The notes: generated from the letters alone by a model not told the origin. Shown: positions 1 to 8,859, counted from the stretch's first letter. The stretch: DNA of 20,000 nucleotides from Nitrospirota bacterium (GCA_011620345.1 WOZJ01000050.1:46495-66494), one strand, 5' to 3'. A program made the numbers and translations.

Positions 1-1
1 C

Positions 2-1096
2 TGGCTTAAATGCTACAAAGAAAGGCGCTTTACCGACGAGCTCTGGCAGGCGATGGCAGACGCCGGGCTTTTGGGGGCAGGCATTCCGGAAGAGTACGGC
101 GGGGTCGGAGGTGGGCTTACCGAAACGGTGGCCGTGATGGATGGGCTTTCTAAGGCCGGCCTTCCTCCTTTGTACCTCGTGATTACGGGGCTGTCGCGCG
201 CCGCCATCTTAAAGCACGGTACGGAAGAACAAAAGCAGCGCTACATCCCGCCCACGGTGACGGGCGAAGAGAAATTTTGCTTTGCGATTACCGAGCCCAA
301 CGCCGGGACAAACTCTTTCAAGATTCAAACGCTCGCCAAAGAAACGGGCAAGGGTACCTACAAAATCACTGGCCAAAAGATCTTCATCTCGGGCGCGGAC
401 GTGGCCGAGTGGATGCTTTTGGTGGCCCGGACGACGCCCTACAGCCAGGTCAACGACCGCAAAGAGGGGCTGGCGCTCTTCATCGTGGACGCCAAGGCGC
501 CGGGGATCGAGCTTAGCCCTTTGAACGTTATGATGGTCTGCCCAGAAAGGCAGTTCATCGTGAACTTCGACGAGGTCGAGGTGCCGGCAGAGAACCTCGT
601 GGGCGAAAAAGACAAGGGTGTGCGGGTTCTCTTCGATGCCTTAAACCCTGAAAGGCTCTTGATCGCCGCGATGAGCTTAGGGATCGGGGATTTTGCGCTA
701 CAAAAAGCCGTGGAGTACGCAAACACCCGCGCACCCTTCGATGAGCCCATCGGTTCCTACCAGGCGCTCCAGCACCCGATGGCCTACGCCAAGGCGCACC
801 TGGAGGCGTCACGGCTTATGCTCTACAAGGCGGCCCAAGTGTACGACGCGGGGTCTGTGGCCGGTGCCGAGTCGAACATGGCCAAGTTACTATGCACCGA
901 GGCGGCTACCGAGGCCTGCGAGATCGCGCTCCAGACGCACGGAGGCTACGGGTTTGATTTAGACTACGACGTCATTTCTCTCTGGAGCATCGCCCGGATC
1001 ATGGAGGTAGCCCCGATCAACAACCAGATGGTGCTGAACTTTTTGGGCGAACGCGTCCTTGGGCTGCCCAAATCCTACGGAAGGTTTCGTGGCTAA
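2..1096 (+). CDS. Acyl-CoA dehydrogenase family protein (5' truncated by window edge)
   Basis: Frame is open from position 2 (WLKCYKERRFTDELWQAM...), so the ATG at 53 is probably internal. ACAD motifs: FAITEPNAGTN, GQKIFISGAD, LNPERL, KAVEYANTR..F..PIGSYQALQH, QTHGGYG. Confidence 0.93.
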   Translation, partial: WLKCYKERRFTDELWQAMADAGLLGAGIPEEYGGVGGGLTETVAVMDGLSKAGLPPLYLVITGLSRAAILKHGTEEQKQRYIPPTVTGEEKFCFAITEPNAGTNSFKIQTLAKETGKGTYKITGQKIFISGADVAEWMLLVARTTPYSQVNDRKEGLALFIVDAKAPGIELSPLNVMMVCPERQFIVNFDEVEVPAENLVGEKDKGVRVLFDALNPERLLIAAMSLGIGDFALQKAVEYANTRAPFDEPIGSYQALQHPMAYAKAHLEASRLMLYKAAQVYDAGSVAGAESNMAKLLCTEAATEACEIALQTHGGYGFDLDYDVISLWSIARIMEVAPINNQMVLNFLGERVLGLPKSYGRFRG

Positions 1097-1099
1097 CCA

Positions 1100-1118
1100 G
1101 GCAGGGGATCTTCCTGCC
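1100..1118 (+). terminator. GC-rich hairpin after the acyl-CoA dehydrogenase stop (possible terminator or stabiliser)
   Basis: GGCAGG(GG)-ATC-(TT)CCTGCC starts 3 nt after TAA; no clear U-tract. Confidence 0.35.
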
Positions 1119-1235
1119 GGTGTATCGCTGGAATTCGTGGCGATCTTAAAAGAACCCCTGTATTTTGTATACTATGCTGGGTATGCTATGGCCTAGGGCC
1201 TGCATGGTGCCACGAAAAGAGCGCTAGGAGCGGTT

Positions 1236-2225
1236 ATGGATAAGCTTGTAGACGCCCAAGGTTATCTTCGCTACGGCTTGTACGACGAGCCGGTCGAGAA
1301 CGTCAATTTTCAAGACTACCCCCTAGAGACCCCGATGGGGTTCAAGGTCCCCAAGGGGCTGAAGGGCTTCATGGCCAACCAGTTCCATTTTTTTGGGGTT
1401 TTAGGGCAAGACATCATGGTGGGGATGGCCGTAGTAGACCTGAAATACCTGACCAACGGGTTTCTTTACGTGTACGACCGAAAAACGCGCAAGCTGGCCG
1501 AAGCACGCAAGATCTCTTTGCCTTCTTCCAAGGTGTTTATCAAAACAACGCCCGCCACGCCCGAGAGCGTTTTTTCCTCGCGCCGCCTAAAAATAGAAAT
1601 CCTCCATGACAAGGTGAAGGCCAGCGCCTGGGATGTTCGCGTGGACGTAACCCTGCGGCCAAGCGCCTCACCTTTAAGGCTGTGCAGCAGAGCCGGGTAT
1701 CGCGGCTGGGTCTATACAGAAAAGACCGTGCCGATTGATTTGTCGGGCCAAGTTTGTTATGGAGGCCGAACCGTTGAGGTCGGCTCTCCAGCCTATAGGG
1801 GCCTCATGGACTGGACGGCCGGCTACATGCGACGTCATACCTTCTGGAACTGGGCGGCTGCCGCCTCCACCCTGCCGGATGGCCGGTCGTTTGGGCTGAA
1901 TCTTTCTTGCGGGGTCAACGAGACCAGCTTTACCGAGAACGCTTTTTGGGTCGATGGCGTTCGTACCAAAGTCGATACGGTGAACTTTGTCTTCCAAAGC
2001 CGCAACCTATACGAGCCTTGGCACGTTGCCTCCTACGATCAGAATGTAGACCTCGCCTTCTACCCGGAGGCCCACCGGGAAGAATCTGTCAATGCACTGC
2101 TCGTGAAGTCTAAATTCAAACAGTTCATGGGAACCTTTGTTGGCCGGCTAAGAGCCGATTCTGGGGAAACAATCAAAATTGAAGCCTGCCCTGGATGGGC
2201 CGAGGACCACTATGCCAAGTGGTGA
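1236..2225 (+). CDS. DUF2804 family protein
   Basis: 329 aa ORF with AGGAG RBS; motifs DLKYLTNGFLYVYD, DWTAGYMRRHTFWNWA, GLNLSCGVNETSFTENAFWVDG, FKQFMGTF and terminal EDHYAKW match my recollection of DUF2804 proteins. Confidence 0.78.
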   Translation: MDKLVDAQGYLRYGLYDEPVENVNFQDYPLETPMGFKVPKGLKGFMANQFHFFGVLGQDIMVGMAVVDLKYLTNGFLYVYDRKTRKLAEARKISLPSSKVFIKTTPATPESVFSSRRLKIEILHDKVKASAWDVRVDVTLRPSASPLRLCSRAGYRGWVYTEKTVPIDLSGQVCYGGRTVEVGSPAYRGLMDWTAGYMRRHTFWNWAAAASTLPDGRSFGLNLSCGVNETSFTENAFWVDGVRTKVDTVNFVFQSRNLYEPWHVASYDQNVDLAFYPEAHREESVNALLVKSKFKQFMGTFVGRLRADSGETIKIEACPGWAEDHYAKW

Positions 2226-2468
2226 TTTACCCTAGTCGGCCAAAATGCTAGCCGTCGTATGGTGTAAGAATCGCCCATCTTTGATGCTATTTGGCTACGC
2301 CGTCTTCGTTTGGTTTAACGGCTGACGAAAGCAAGGCTCCTTATGCCCTTCTATCGGCCATCACTTTGGTATCGAGTACATTTTGGGCATTTGCCGGCCC
2401 TGTAAACACAATGGTGTCAAGCCTGGAGAATCTAGAGAATAAGGAAAGGACGCAAAAAGGATGCTTCG

Positions 2469-3128
2469 ATGCAGGAATACTTAAAGCCCACGTATTTCAT
2501 CGACAGCGAACATGCTTCTGTTGTCGCTTACGCCAAACGGGTCACGGAGGGTGCGGGCGGCCCTGTCCAGGCGGCGGTTCGGTTGTTTTATGCCGTGAGG
2601 GACGGGATTCGTTACGACCCCTACAGCATGGCCATTTCTAAAGAGGAATTTCGTGCAAGCCGCGTGCTCGAAAGGGCCAAGGCCTTCTGCGTTCCGAAGG
2701 CCATTTTGTTGGCCGCGCTTGCCAGGGCTGCGGGGGTTCCGGCCGCGCTCGGGTTTGCCGATGTCCGCAACCACCTTACGAGCAAACGCCTAACGGAAAC
2801 CATGGGGACGGACGTGTTTGCCTTTCATGGCTACACGCTGCTCTATTTAGATGGGCGCTGGCTCAAGGCCACGGCTACGTTCAACAAAGAGCTCTGCGAG
2901 AAAGCCGGCATCCTTCCGCTCGAGTTCGACGGCCGTAACGATGCGCTCTTTCAGCCTTTGGACAAAGAGGGCAGGCGTCATATGGAATACCTTAAAGACA
3001 GGGGTATGTACGCGGATTTTCCTTACGAGGCATGGCTTCAGGCCATGCTCGAGGCCTACCCTTTCATGGCAACCGCGTTAGCCCAAGCGCCCCAGGGCGA
3101 CTTCGAGGCCGAAGTGGGCAAAGAATAA
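2469..3128 (+). CDS. Transglutaminase-like superfamily protein
   Basis: YLKPTYFIDSEH, FYAVRDGIRYDPY, putative catalytic Cys in FCVPKAILLAALARAAGVPA, His in FHGY..LYLDGRWLKAT; AAGGA RBS upstream. Confidence 0.88.
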   Translation: MQEYLKPTYFIDSEHASVVAYAKRVTEGAGGPVQAAVRLFYAVRDGIRYDPYSMAISKEEFRASRVLERAKAFCVPKAILLAALARAAGVPAALGFADVRNHLTSKRLTETMGTDVFAFHGYTLLYLDGRWLKATATFNKELCEKAGILPLEFDGRNDALFQPLDKEGRRHMEYLKDRGMYADFPYEAWLQAMLEAYPFMATALAQAPQGDFEAEVGKE

Positions 3129-3195
3129 AGCAATGCTTTGTGGCCGTTGACGTTTTGGCAGGGTTAAATTCCCAAAGACATGCCCTGCAAAAGAA

Positions 3196-3255
3196 GATAG
3201 GCGGGGTTTTCCAACCCCGCCGGAAGGAGAGCGGGGCGTGTTTGTCCCGCCTATC
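3196..3255. repeat. Inverted pair of REP-like palindromes between convergent genes
   Basis: Perfect 10-bp inverted repeat GATAGGCGGG (3196-3205)/CCCGCCTATC (3246-3255), enclosing hairpins GGCGGGGTT-TTCC-AACCCCGCC (3200-3221) and GCGGGGC-GTGTTT-GTCCCGC (3231-3250). Confidence 0.6.
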
Positions 3256-3304
3256 GGGGGGAGTGGGCTTGACGGTATTGGCCGGCGCTCGAGAATGCTG
3301 GCGA

Positions 3305-4894
3305 TTAGACGCCCTTGAGGGCGTTTGATTTGAGAATGCGCTCAACCTGCGATGCGAGGGGTTTTTCGCTCCAAATCCTAAGAAGTGGGGCCTCGATCCC
3401 CACAGGGAGAGGGGCAAAGGAGGCAAGCTGGCTCTCTAGGATTTCCGTACGCCCGTCGGCAACCTGCTCGCCCGAGAGTTGCCTTTTTTGGAGACGACAG
3501 ACAAGGGTTGCCTTGGAGGCCTCGCAGGCGATAAACACCGTCCTGGCTTGAATCCCTGCTCGCTTTAGCTCGGCTAGAGGGAGCGTTCGCTCTTGGGGCC
3601 CTGGAAACCCGCCTTCTATAATAATGCTTCTTCCAGCCTTGATGTGGCCAAGGGCCCTATGAACGAGCTCTTCGTAGGTTCTTTGGGAAAAATCCGTCGA
3701 ATAAATGCCCTCGCCGAAAGGCACGTAGTGGCGCTGTTCGCCGATGCCGGCAAGCTCTTTCCGAACCTTGTCCGTGGAGAGCGTCGGGATGTCGAGCGCT
3801 TCGGAAAGGGCCATGGCGAGCGTCGTCTTGCCGGACCCCATCGGCCCCAAAACGACCAAAAGCAGCGGCTCAGAGATACCCAAGGATCTTCTGTAGGCTA
3901 GACGAAAATAGCCGCGAACCCTCTGAAAGGCCTTGGAACCTGGTTTGGCCGAGTCTTTTTCGAGCGAAAACCCTTCTACCTTGCCCCGGACGTAGGCCCT
4001 GTAGGCTTCGTAAAACGGCAGAAGCTCTAAAAGATCTTTGTCGTTTGTCTCTTGAGTGAACGCCCGTTTAAATGCCTTGGCCCAGTTGGGGAACCCCTGA
4101 AAAGTGAGGTCCATCGTAAGGAAGGCCACGTCCGAAGCTACGTCGTGGAAGCGAAACCGTTCGTTGAACTCGATCTGGTCTATGATCAAGACTTCTCCAG
4201 AGGGGGGGAAGTACACGTGGTCTGCGTGCAAGTCCCCGTGGCAGTCACGGATAAAGCCTTCCTGAACGCGCCTTTGCAGCAATTCCCGGTGCTCTACAAG
4301 GAAGCTGTTGGTGAAGGCCTCGATTGCCCGGTACTCACGCTCACTCAAGGTAAACCCGATGTAGGGCAGGGTTTGCTCGAAGTTTTCGTCCGTGTTGCGC
4401 TTGATCTGGGCGGGTTCGCCGAACACCGAGCGCGCCTCGTCCAAAGGGCCGTTTGCATAAAACGCTTGGAGTTTTTTTGCGAGCGCAACGATGTGATGCT
4501 CCTCAAGCCGTCCATCCCCAAGCATGGCCTTCAAGCTCCAGGCATCGTCTAGTCTCTTCATCTTAAGGGCGTATTCTACGGCCCTCTCGAAATCTTCCGG
4601 GTGCTCGGAGAGGCGAAAAGACCCGTTTTTGTCTTTTAAGATGGCTACGGCCCCTTCGTAGACGCCGGCTGCAAGCCTTCGGTTGAGCTCGATCTCTTGC
4701 TGGATAAAGTACCTGCGTTTTTCAAGCGAGGTGAAATCTAAAAAGCCAAAATTTACGGACTTTTTTACCTTGTAAACGTGTTCTCCGGCCACAAAGACGT
4801 CGCTGATGTGCGTCTGGACGTGCCGAACCTCTGCCCCTTCAGACAGGCCAAAGCTTGTGGGGTCGAGCAAGAAGGCTTTGAGGGCCTCGTCCAT
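3305..4894 (-). CDS. Bifunctional aminoglycoside-phosphotransferase-like kinase / AAA_33 P-loop kinase protein
   Basis: N-terminal QTHISDVF..YKVKKSVNFGFLDF, catalytic-loop-like RDCHGDLH, IDQIEFNERFR..DVASDVAFLTMDL; C-terminal Walker A GPMGSGKT, STDKVRKEL, IYS..FSQRTY. Confidence 0.88.
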   Translation of the reverse strand: MDEALKAFLLDPTSFGLSEGAEVRHVQTHISDVFVAGEHVYKVKKSVNFGFLDFTSLEKRRYFIQQEIELNRRLAAGVYEGAVAILKDKNGSFRLSEHPEDFERAVEYALKMKRLDDAWSLKAMLGDGRLEEHHIVALAKKLQAFYANGPLDEARSVFGEPAQIKRNTDENFEQTLPYIGFTLSEREYRAIEAFTNSFLVEHRELLQRRVQEGFIRDCHGDLHADHVYFPPSGEVLIIDQIEFNERFRFHDVASDVAFLTMDLTFQGFPNWAKAFKRAFTQETNDKDLLELLPFYEAYRAYVRGKVEGFSLEKDSAKPGSKAFQRVRGYFRLAYRRSLGISEPLLLVVLGPMGSGKTTLAMALSEALDIPTLSTDKVRKELAGIGEQRHYVPFGEGIYSTDFSQRTYEELVHRALGHIKAGRSIIIEGGFPGPQERTLPLAELKRAGIQARTVFIACEASKATLVCRLQKRQLSGEQVADGRTEILESQLASFAPLPVGIEAPLLRIWSEKPLASQVERILKSNALKGV

Positions 4895-4901
4895 GGCGTG
4901 C

Positions 4902-6110
4902 TTAAGCCCGCATTCCGAAGTATTCCTTTAGCTTCTCGACTTGGTCTGTTCGTTCCCAGCTGAACTCTGGCTCTGTCCGGCCAAAATGGCCGTAGGTCGC
5001 GGTTTGCCTGTAGATCGGCCGTAGGAGGTCGAGATTCTCGATGATCATCTTGGGGCGGAAGTCGAAAAGCTCCTCTACGGCGCGTATAAGCCGCTCTTTT
5101 TCTACCTGCGCCGTGCCGAACGCGTGGACCATGACCGACACGGGCCTGGCTACCCCGATCGCGTAGGCCACCTGCACTTCGATGCGCTTGGCAAGCCCTG
5201 CGGCAACCAGGTTCTTGGCAACGTAGCGGGCCATGTAGCAAGCGCTCCGATCGACCTTGCTGGGGTCCTTGCCGGAAAAGCAGCCGCCTCCGTGGTGGCC
5301 CATCCCCCCGTAGGTGTCGACAATAATCTTCCTGCCCGTAAGCCCCGAATCTCCCTCGGGCCCGCCAACAACGAACCGGCCCGTAGGGTTTATGAAGAGC
5401 TTCATACCGGGAAGTTTGAGCTCTTTTGGGATGATGGGGGTTACGACTTCTTCGATGATGCCTTCGGTTACCATCCGAAGGTCGGCCTCTTCGGTATGCT
5501 GCGAGGAAACAACGACAGCCTGAATGCCGACAGGCTCGTCGTTTTCGTAAAGGACGGTTACTTGAGTCTTTCCGTCCGGGCGCAAGAAGGGCAGTTTTCC
5601 GCTCTTTCGTGCAAAAGAGAGTCTTTTGGCGAGCAGTTGGGCAAAGCTGATCGGCATGGGCATGAGCGTATCGGTTTCGTCGCAGGCGTAGCCGAACATC
5701 AGCCCTTGATCTCCAGCACCCTGCTCATGGCCGTCGTACTCGTCCACGCCTAGGGCGATGTCGGGCGATTGCCTCCCGATATCGACAAGAAAGCTCACTT
5801 TGTTCGCCCTGAAGGAATCGCCCTGCAGGTCATAACCGACCTCCCGGATGACTTCCCTCGCAACCTTAACCACGTCTACGTAGGCATCCGAGCTGACTTC
5901 TCCGGCAAGAATGGCCGTTTTGCCGGTCAAGAGGGTTTCCAGAGCGACCCTTGCCTTTTTGTCGCTCGCCAAATAGGCATCCAAAATGGCGTCCGAGATT
6001 TGATCTGCCAGTTTGTCTGGGTGACCCTCTGTGACGGACTCCGACGTAAACAAGTAACTTGACATTGCCTGCGCTATCCCCCTGTTTGGTCTTATTGCTT
6101 GTTTGGACAA
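4902..6110 (-). CDS. metK: S-adenosylmethionine synthetase
   Basis: [50 protein letters not shown]. Start is either TTG 6110 (GGAGG 5 nt upstream) or ATG 6065 (homology begins there). Confidence 0.98.
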   Translation of the reverse strand: MSKQAIRPNRGIAQAMSSYLFTSESVTEGHPDKLADQISDAILDAYLASDKKARVALETLLTGKTAILAGEVSSDAYVDVVKVAREVIREVGYDLQGDSFRANKVSFLVDIGRQSPDIALGVDEYDGHEQGAGDQGLMFGYACDETDTLMPMPISFAQLLAKRLSFARKSGKLPFLRPDGKTQVTVLYENDEPVGIQAVVVSSQHTEEADLRMVTEGIIEEVVTPIIPKELKLPGMKLFINPTGRFVVGGPEGDSGLTGRKIIVDTYGGMGHHGGGCFSGKDPSKVDRSACYMARYVAKNLVAAGLAKRIEVQVAYAIGVARPVSVMVHAFGTAQVEKERLIRAVEELFDFRPKMIIENLDLLRPIYRQTATYGHFGRTEPEFSWERTDQVEKLKEYFGMRA

Positions 6111-6133
6111 AACAACCTCCTTGAGCCCTAAGG

Positions 6134-6163
6134 TTGACGCTCTATTTTATTTCAAAGTAAGAT
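6134..6163 (+). promoter_or_regulatory. Putative sigma70 promoter for rplU operon
   Basis: TTGACG (6134-6139), 18-nt spacer, TAAGAT (6158-6163) in the AT-rich divergent metK/rplU spacer. Confidence 0.55.
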
Positions 6164-6207
6164 AAAAGAAAAGGATTCAAGAAACTTGCAGCGGAGGAAT
6201 CAGAAAC

Positions 6208-6528
6208 GTGGAGGTTCAAGAGGTTATTTTTTCCCATTCCGGCATTCAGTTTAACGCCAAGGTAGGGGATACGCTATCTCTTAGGGGTCATTTAGGCGAT
6301 GCAGGGGAAATCCTCGAGGTGGGAAGTGTTCTCGCCGTAAAGATGGAAGGCGGGATCAAGTTTGGAGCGCCGTACATCAAAGGCGCTAAGGTAGGCCTTG
6401 GGGTTCTAGGGCACACCAAAGGGCCGAAGGTGCGGGTCTTCAAAATGATACGAAGGAAGCGTCGCCGCATGACTCTCGGATACAGGGACCTTCGGACCCT
6501 AGTTAAAGTTCAAGCGATCAGCGCATAA
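6208..6528 (+). CDS. rplU: 50S ribosomal protein L21 (divergent)
   Basis: GTG start with GGAGG RBS; 106 aa; GAPYIKGAKV, KGPKVRVFKMIRRK; directly upstream of rpmA. Confidence 0.9.
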   Translation: MEVQEVIFSHSGIQFNAKVGDTLSLRGHLGDAGEILEVGSVLAVKMEGGIKFGAPYIKGAKVGLGVLGHTKGPKVRVFKMIRRKRRRMTLGYRDLRTLVKVQAISA

Positions 6529-6551
6529 GTAGACTTTAGGAGGAGAAGGCT

Positions 6552-6812
6552 ATGGCACACAAAAAGGGGCAGGGCTCGTCTAGGAACGGCCGAGACTCTG
6601 CAGGCAAGCGGCTTGGCGTAAAGATGTTCGAGGGGGAGGCGGCAAAAGCGGGCAATATTATCGTCCGTCAGCTCGGTACCAAGTTTCATCCGGGGTTGAA
6701 CGTGGGCATGGGAAGGGACTATACCCTGTTTGCCAAAAAAGATGGCAGGGTAGTCTTCAAGCAGAGCGGGTCCCGTCAGACAGTTCACGTGGTTCAAGAA
6801 TTGCAGGCTTGA
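6552..6812 (+). CDS. rpmA: 50S ribosomal protein L27
   Basis: [61 protein letters not shown]. Confidence 0.99.
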   Translation: MAHKKGQGSSRNGRDSAGKRLGVKMFEGEAAKAGNIIVRQLGTKFHPGLNVGMGRDYTLFAKKDGRVVFKQSGSRQTVHVVQELQA

Positions 6813-6908
6813 GCGTTTTTCTGAATGTCAGGCCAGGTTGTTTGGTTTATTTTATAGAAGAACGTACAAACTTTTGCAGGCAGTTTCGCGCGATACGGAA
6901 CAGAACGA

Positions 6909-7859
6909 ATGGTTGCGTATAAAGATTACTACGCGATTTTAGGCGTCCCAAAAAGCGCGACGCCCGATGAGATCAAGAAGGCTTACCGAAAGCTTGCCAA
7001 ACAGTGGCATCCCGACAAGCATGCCGGCGACAAGAAAAATGAGGCCGAAGCGAGGTTTAAGGAAATTTCCGAGGCCAACGCCGTCCTTTCGGACCCAGAA
7101 AAGCGCAAGCAGTACGATATGCTTGGCGGCCAGTTTCGAGAAGGTCAGGAGTTTACGGCCCCCCCGGGCTACCAAGGGTTCCGCGTTCATGTGGGCGACT
7201 TGGGCGATTTGGAGGGCTTAGGCGATTTCAGCGATTTCTTCAGGACCCTTTTTGGGGGGGATGCCTTTGGGGCTGGGTCCTCCAAAAGGGCGAGCCCTTT
7301 TGGACATGCAAGGCAGCGGGCCTCACGGGAATGGCCTGGACCCGAGCGTACACCCAAGGAAGAAGAGATTTCTTTGAGCCTCGAAGAGGCGCACGAAGGA
7401 TGCACGAAGACGCTCGAGCTCTCAATTCAGGCCCCTCAAGGCCTTGGAATGGCCTCGAAGGGGCGGCGGGTAACCATCCGAATCCCTAAGGGCGTGAGGG
7501 ATGGGGAGCGTATCCGTGTATCTCTGCCCGAAGGCGATATATATTTTAAAGTAAGGCTCCAAGAGCATCCTCGTTTTCGTCTCGAGGGCGACAACCTCAT
7601 CGCTAAGGTGCCGCTATTCCCATGGGAAGCGGCGCTGGGTGCAGAAAAAGAGGTTCCTACGCTTTCCGGAGGCGTTCGAATTAAAATTCCGCCCAAAACA
7701 AACTCCGGGACGAAGCTACGGGTGCGGGGCAAGGGGTTCGCGAAAAAAAGCGGGCCGCCTGGCGATTTGATCGTCGAGGCTGCCGTCGTGTTTCCGGAAC
7801 GTATGCCAGACAAGGCGCTTGAACTCTTCAGGGAGCTGGCCTTGGTATGTCAGGGGTAG
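6909..7859 (+). CDS. Class B J-domain protein (CbpA/DnaJ2-like; J domain + G/F region + DnaJ C-terminal domain)
   Basis: [27 protein letters not shown] (HPD intact), [40 protein letters not shown]; no CxxCxGxG zinc-finger repeats. Confidence 0.93.
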   Translation: MVAYKDYYAILGVPKSATPDEIKKAYRKLAKQWHPDKHAGDKKNEAEARFKEISEANAVLSDPEKRKQYDMLGGQFREGQEFTAPPGYQGFRVHVGDLGDLEGLGDFSDFFRTLFGGDAFGAGSSKRASPFGHARQRASREWPGPERTPKEEEISLSLEEAHEGCTKTLELSIQAPQGLGMASKGRRVTIRIPKGVRDGERIRVSLPEGDIYFKVRLQEHPRFRLEGDNLIAKVPLFPWEAALGAEKEVPTLSGGVRIKIPPKTNSGTKLRVRGKGFAKKSGPPGDLIVEAAVVFPERMPDKALELFRELALVCQG

Positions 7860-7863
7860 GGGA

Positions 7864-8856
7864 ATGCGGTTCGTCGACGAGGTTCACAAAGTCGTCGCCC
7901 AAGGTGGAGCCGGGGGAAACGGTTGTGCCAGCTTTCGAAGGACACGATCTAGTCCCAGGGGTGGGCCGGACGGCGGCGACGGCGGCGACGGCGGCGATGT
8001 CGTGCTTGAAGGCTCGAGTCGTATGGAAACCCTCGAAGACTTCTTGTATGCCCCGCTTTGGAGGGCGGAGCACGGCGAGCACGGGCAGGGGAACGGCCGA
8101 AAAGGAAGGCGAGGCCACGATTTGACGGTTGCCCTTCCGTTGGGTACGGTCGTGAAAGACCACGAGACGAAAGCCGTCCTCTTTGAGATCCTCGAGGATG
8201 GACAGAAGTTTGCCCTTGCCAAAGGCGGTAAAGGCGGGTACGGAAACGCAAGGTTCGTGACCTCGACCAACCAGGCGCCAAGGTGGGCAACCCCGGGGCA
8301 AAAAGGGCAAACACAGGCTTGCTCGCTAGAATTAAAGCTTCTGTCGGACCTTGGGTTTGTAGGCCTGCCTAGCGTGGGCAAATCCTCGCTTCTTCGTTCC
8401 CTGACCCGTGCAATGCCAAAGGTTGCGGCCTATCCCTTTACGACGACAGCACCCGTGCTTGGCGTGCTGGCGGGTGAGGGGATGAAGCGTTGCACCATCG
8501 CCGACATGCCTGGGTTGATCGAGGGGGCCCATCAAGGGCGGGGTCTAGGAATTCGGTTTTTACGGCACATCGAGCGAAGCAAGGCCCTTGTGATTGTCCT
8601 AGACGCGGCGCTTTCCGATCCGACCCCAAAAAGGGCCTTTGAAATCGTTAGAGATGAGCTCTTCAGTTACAACCCTGCCTTAATGGCTCGCGTGCAGGCC
8701 ATCCTTCTGAATAAGATTGATCTCCTAGCAGACGGGAGCCTTAATGAACATAACGAGGAGTTTTTCCGAGCCTTAGGGTTTGAGGTAATCTCCGTCTCTG
8801 CACGTTACGGGACAAACATCGAATCCCTGATTCATTATTTACTACGGACAACATAA
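7864..8856 (+). CDS. obgE: GTPase ObgE/CgtA
   Basis: Start reassigned to ATG 7864 (MRFVDE, G-rich RBS). Gly-rich Obg domain (GGNG, GGPDGGDGG), G1 GLPSVGKS, G2 YPFTT, G3 DMPG, G4 NKID, G5 SA. Confidence 0.97.
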   Translation: MRFVDEVHKVVAQGGAGGNGCASFRRTRSSPRGGPDGGDGGDGGDVVLEGSSRMETLEDFLYAPLWRAEHGEHGQGNGRKGRRGHDLTVALPLGTVVKDHETKAVLFEILEDGQKFALAKGGKGGYGNARFVTSTNQAPRWATPGQKGQTQACSLELKLLSDLGFVGLPSVGKSSLLRSLTRAMPKVAAYPFTTTAPVLGVLAGEGMKRCTIADMPGLIEGAHQGRGLGIRFLRHIERSKALVIVLDAALSDPTPKRAFEIVRDELFSYNPALMARVQAILLNKIDLLADGSLNEHNEEFFRALGFEVISVSARYGTNIESLIHYLLRTT

Positions 8857-8859
8857 GAC

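Noticed and set aside
2446..2462. GGACGCAAA resembling part of a c-di-GMP-I riboswitch
   Set aside because: No GGCAAA-P2-GAAA arm upstream and no room for P3 before the ATG at 2469.
2291..2641. 116-aa ORF overlapping the transglutaminase-like gene
   Set aside because: TTG start without RBS, large out-of-frame overlap with a well supported gene, no motifs.
3213..3237. CCGGAAGG resembling SRP RNA helix 8
   Set aside because: Lacks the conserved CAGG/AGCA internal loop; better explained by the REP-like palindromes.
6066..6207. Possible SAM riboswitch before metK or L21 leader before rplU
   Set aside because: Spacer is short, AT-rich and shared by divergent genes; no SAM-I core or stable leader structure seen.
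6529..6551. Absence of prp (ysxB) between rplU and rpmA
   Set aside because: Expected, since this L27 starts at MAHKK with no cleavable N-terminal extension.
7819..7863. ORF-track N-terminal extension of Obg
   Set aside because: Overlaps the J-protein gene; Obg homology and RBS point to ATG 7864.
7968..7998. Tandem 9-bp repeat GACGGCGGC x3
   Set aside because: Encodes the normal glycine-rich DGG repeats of the Obg domain.
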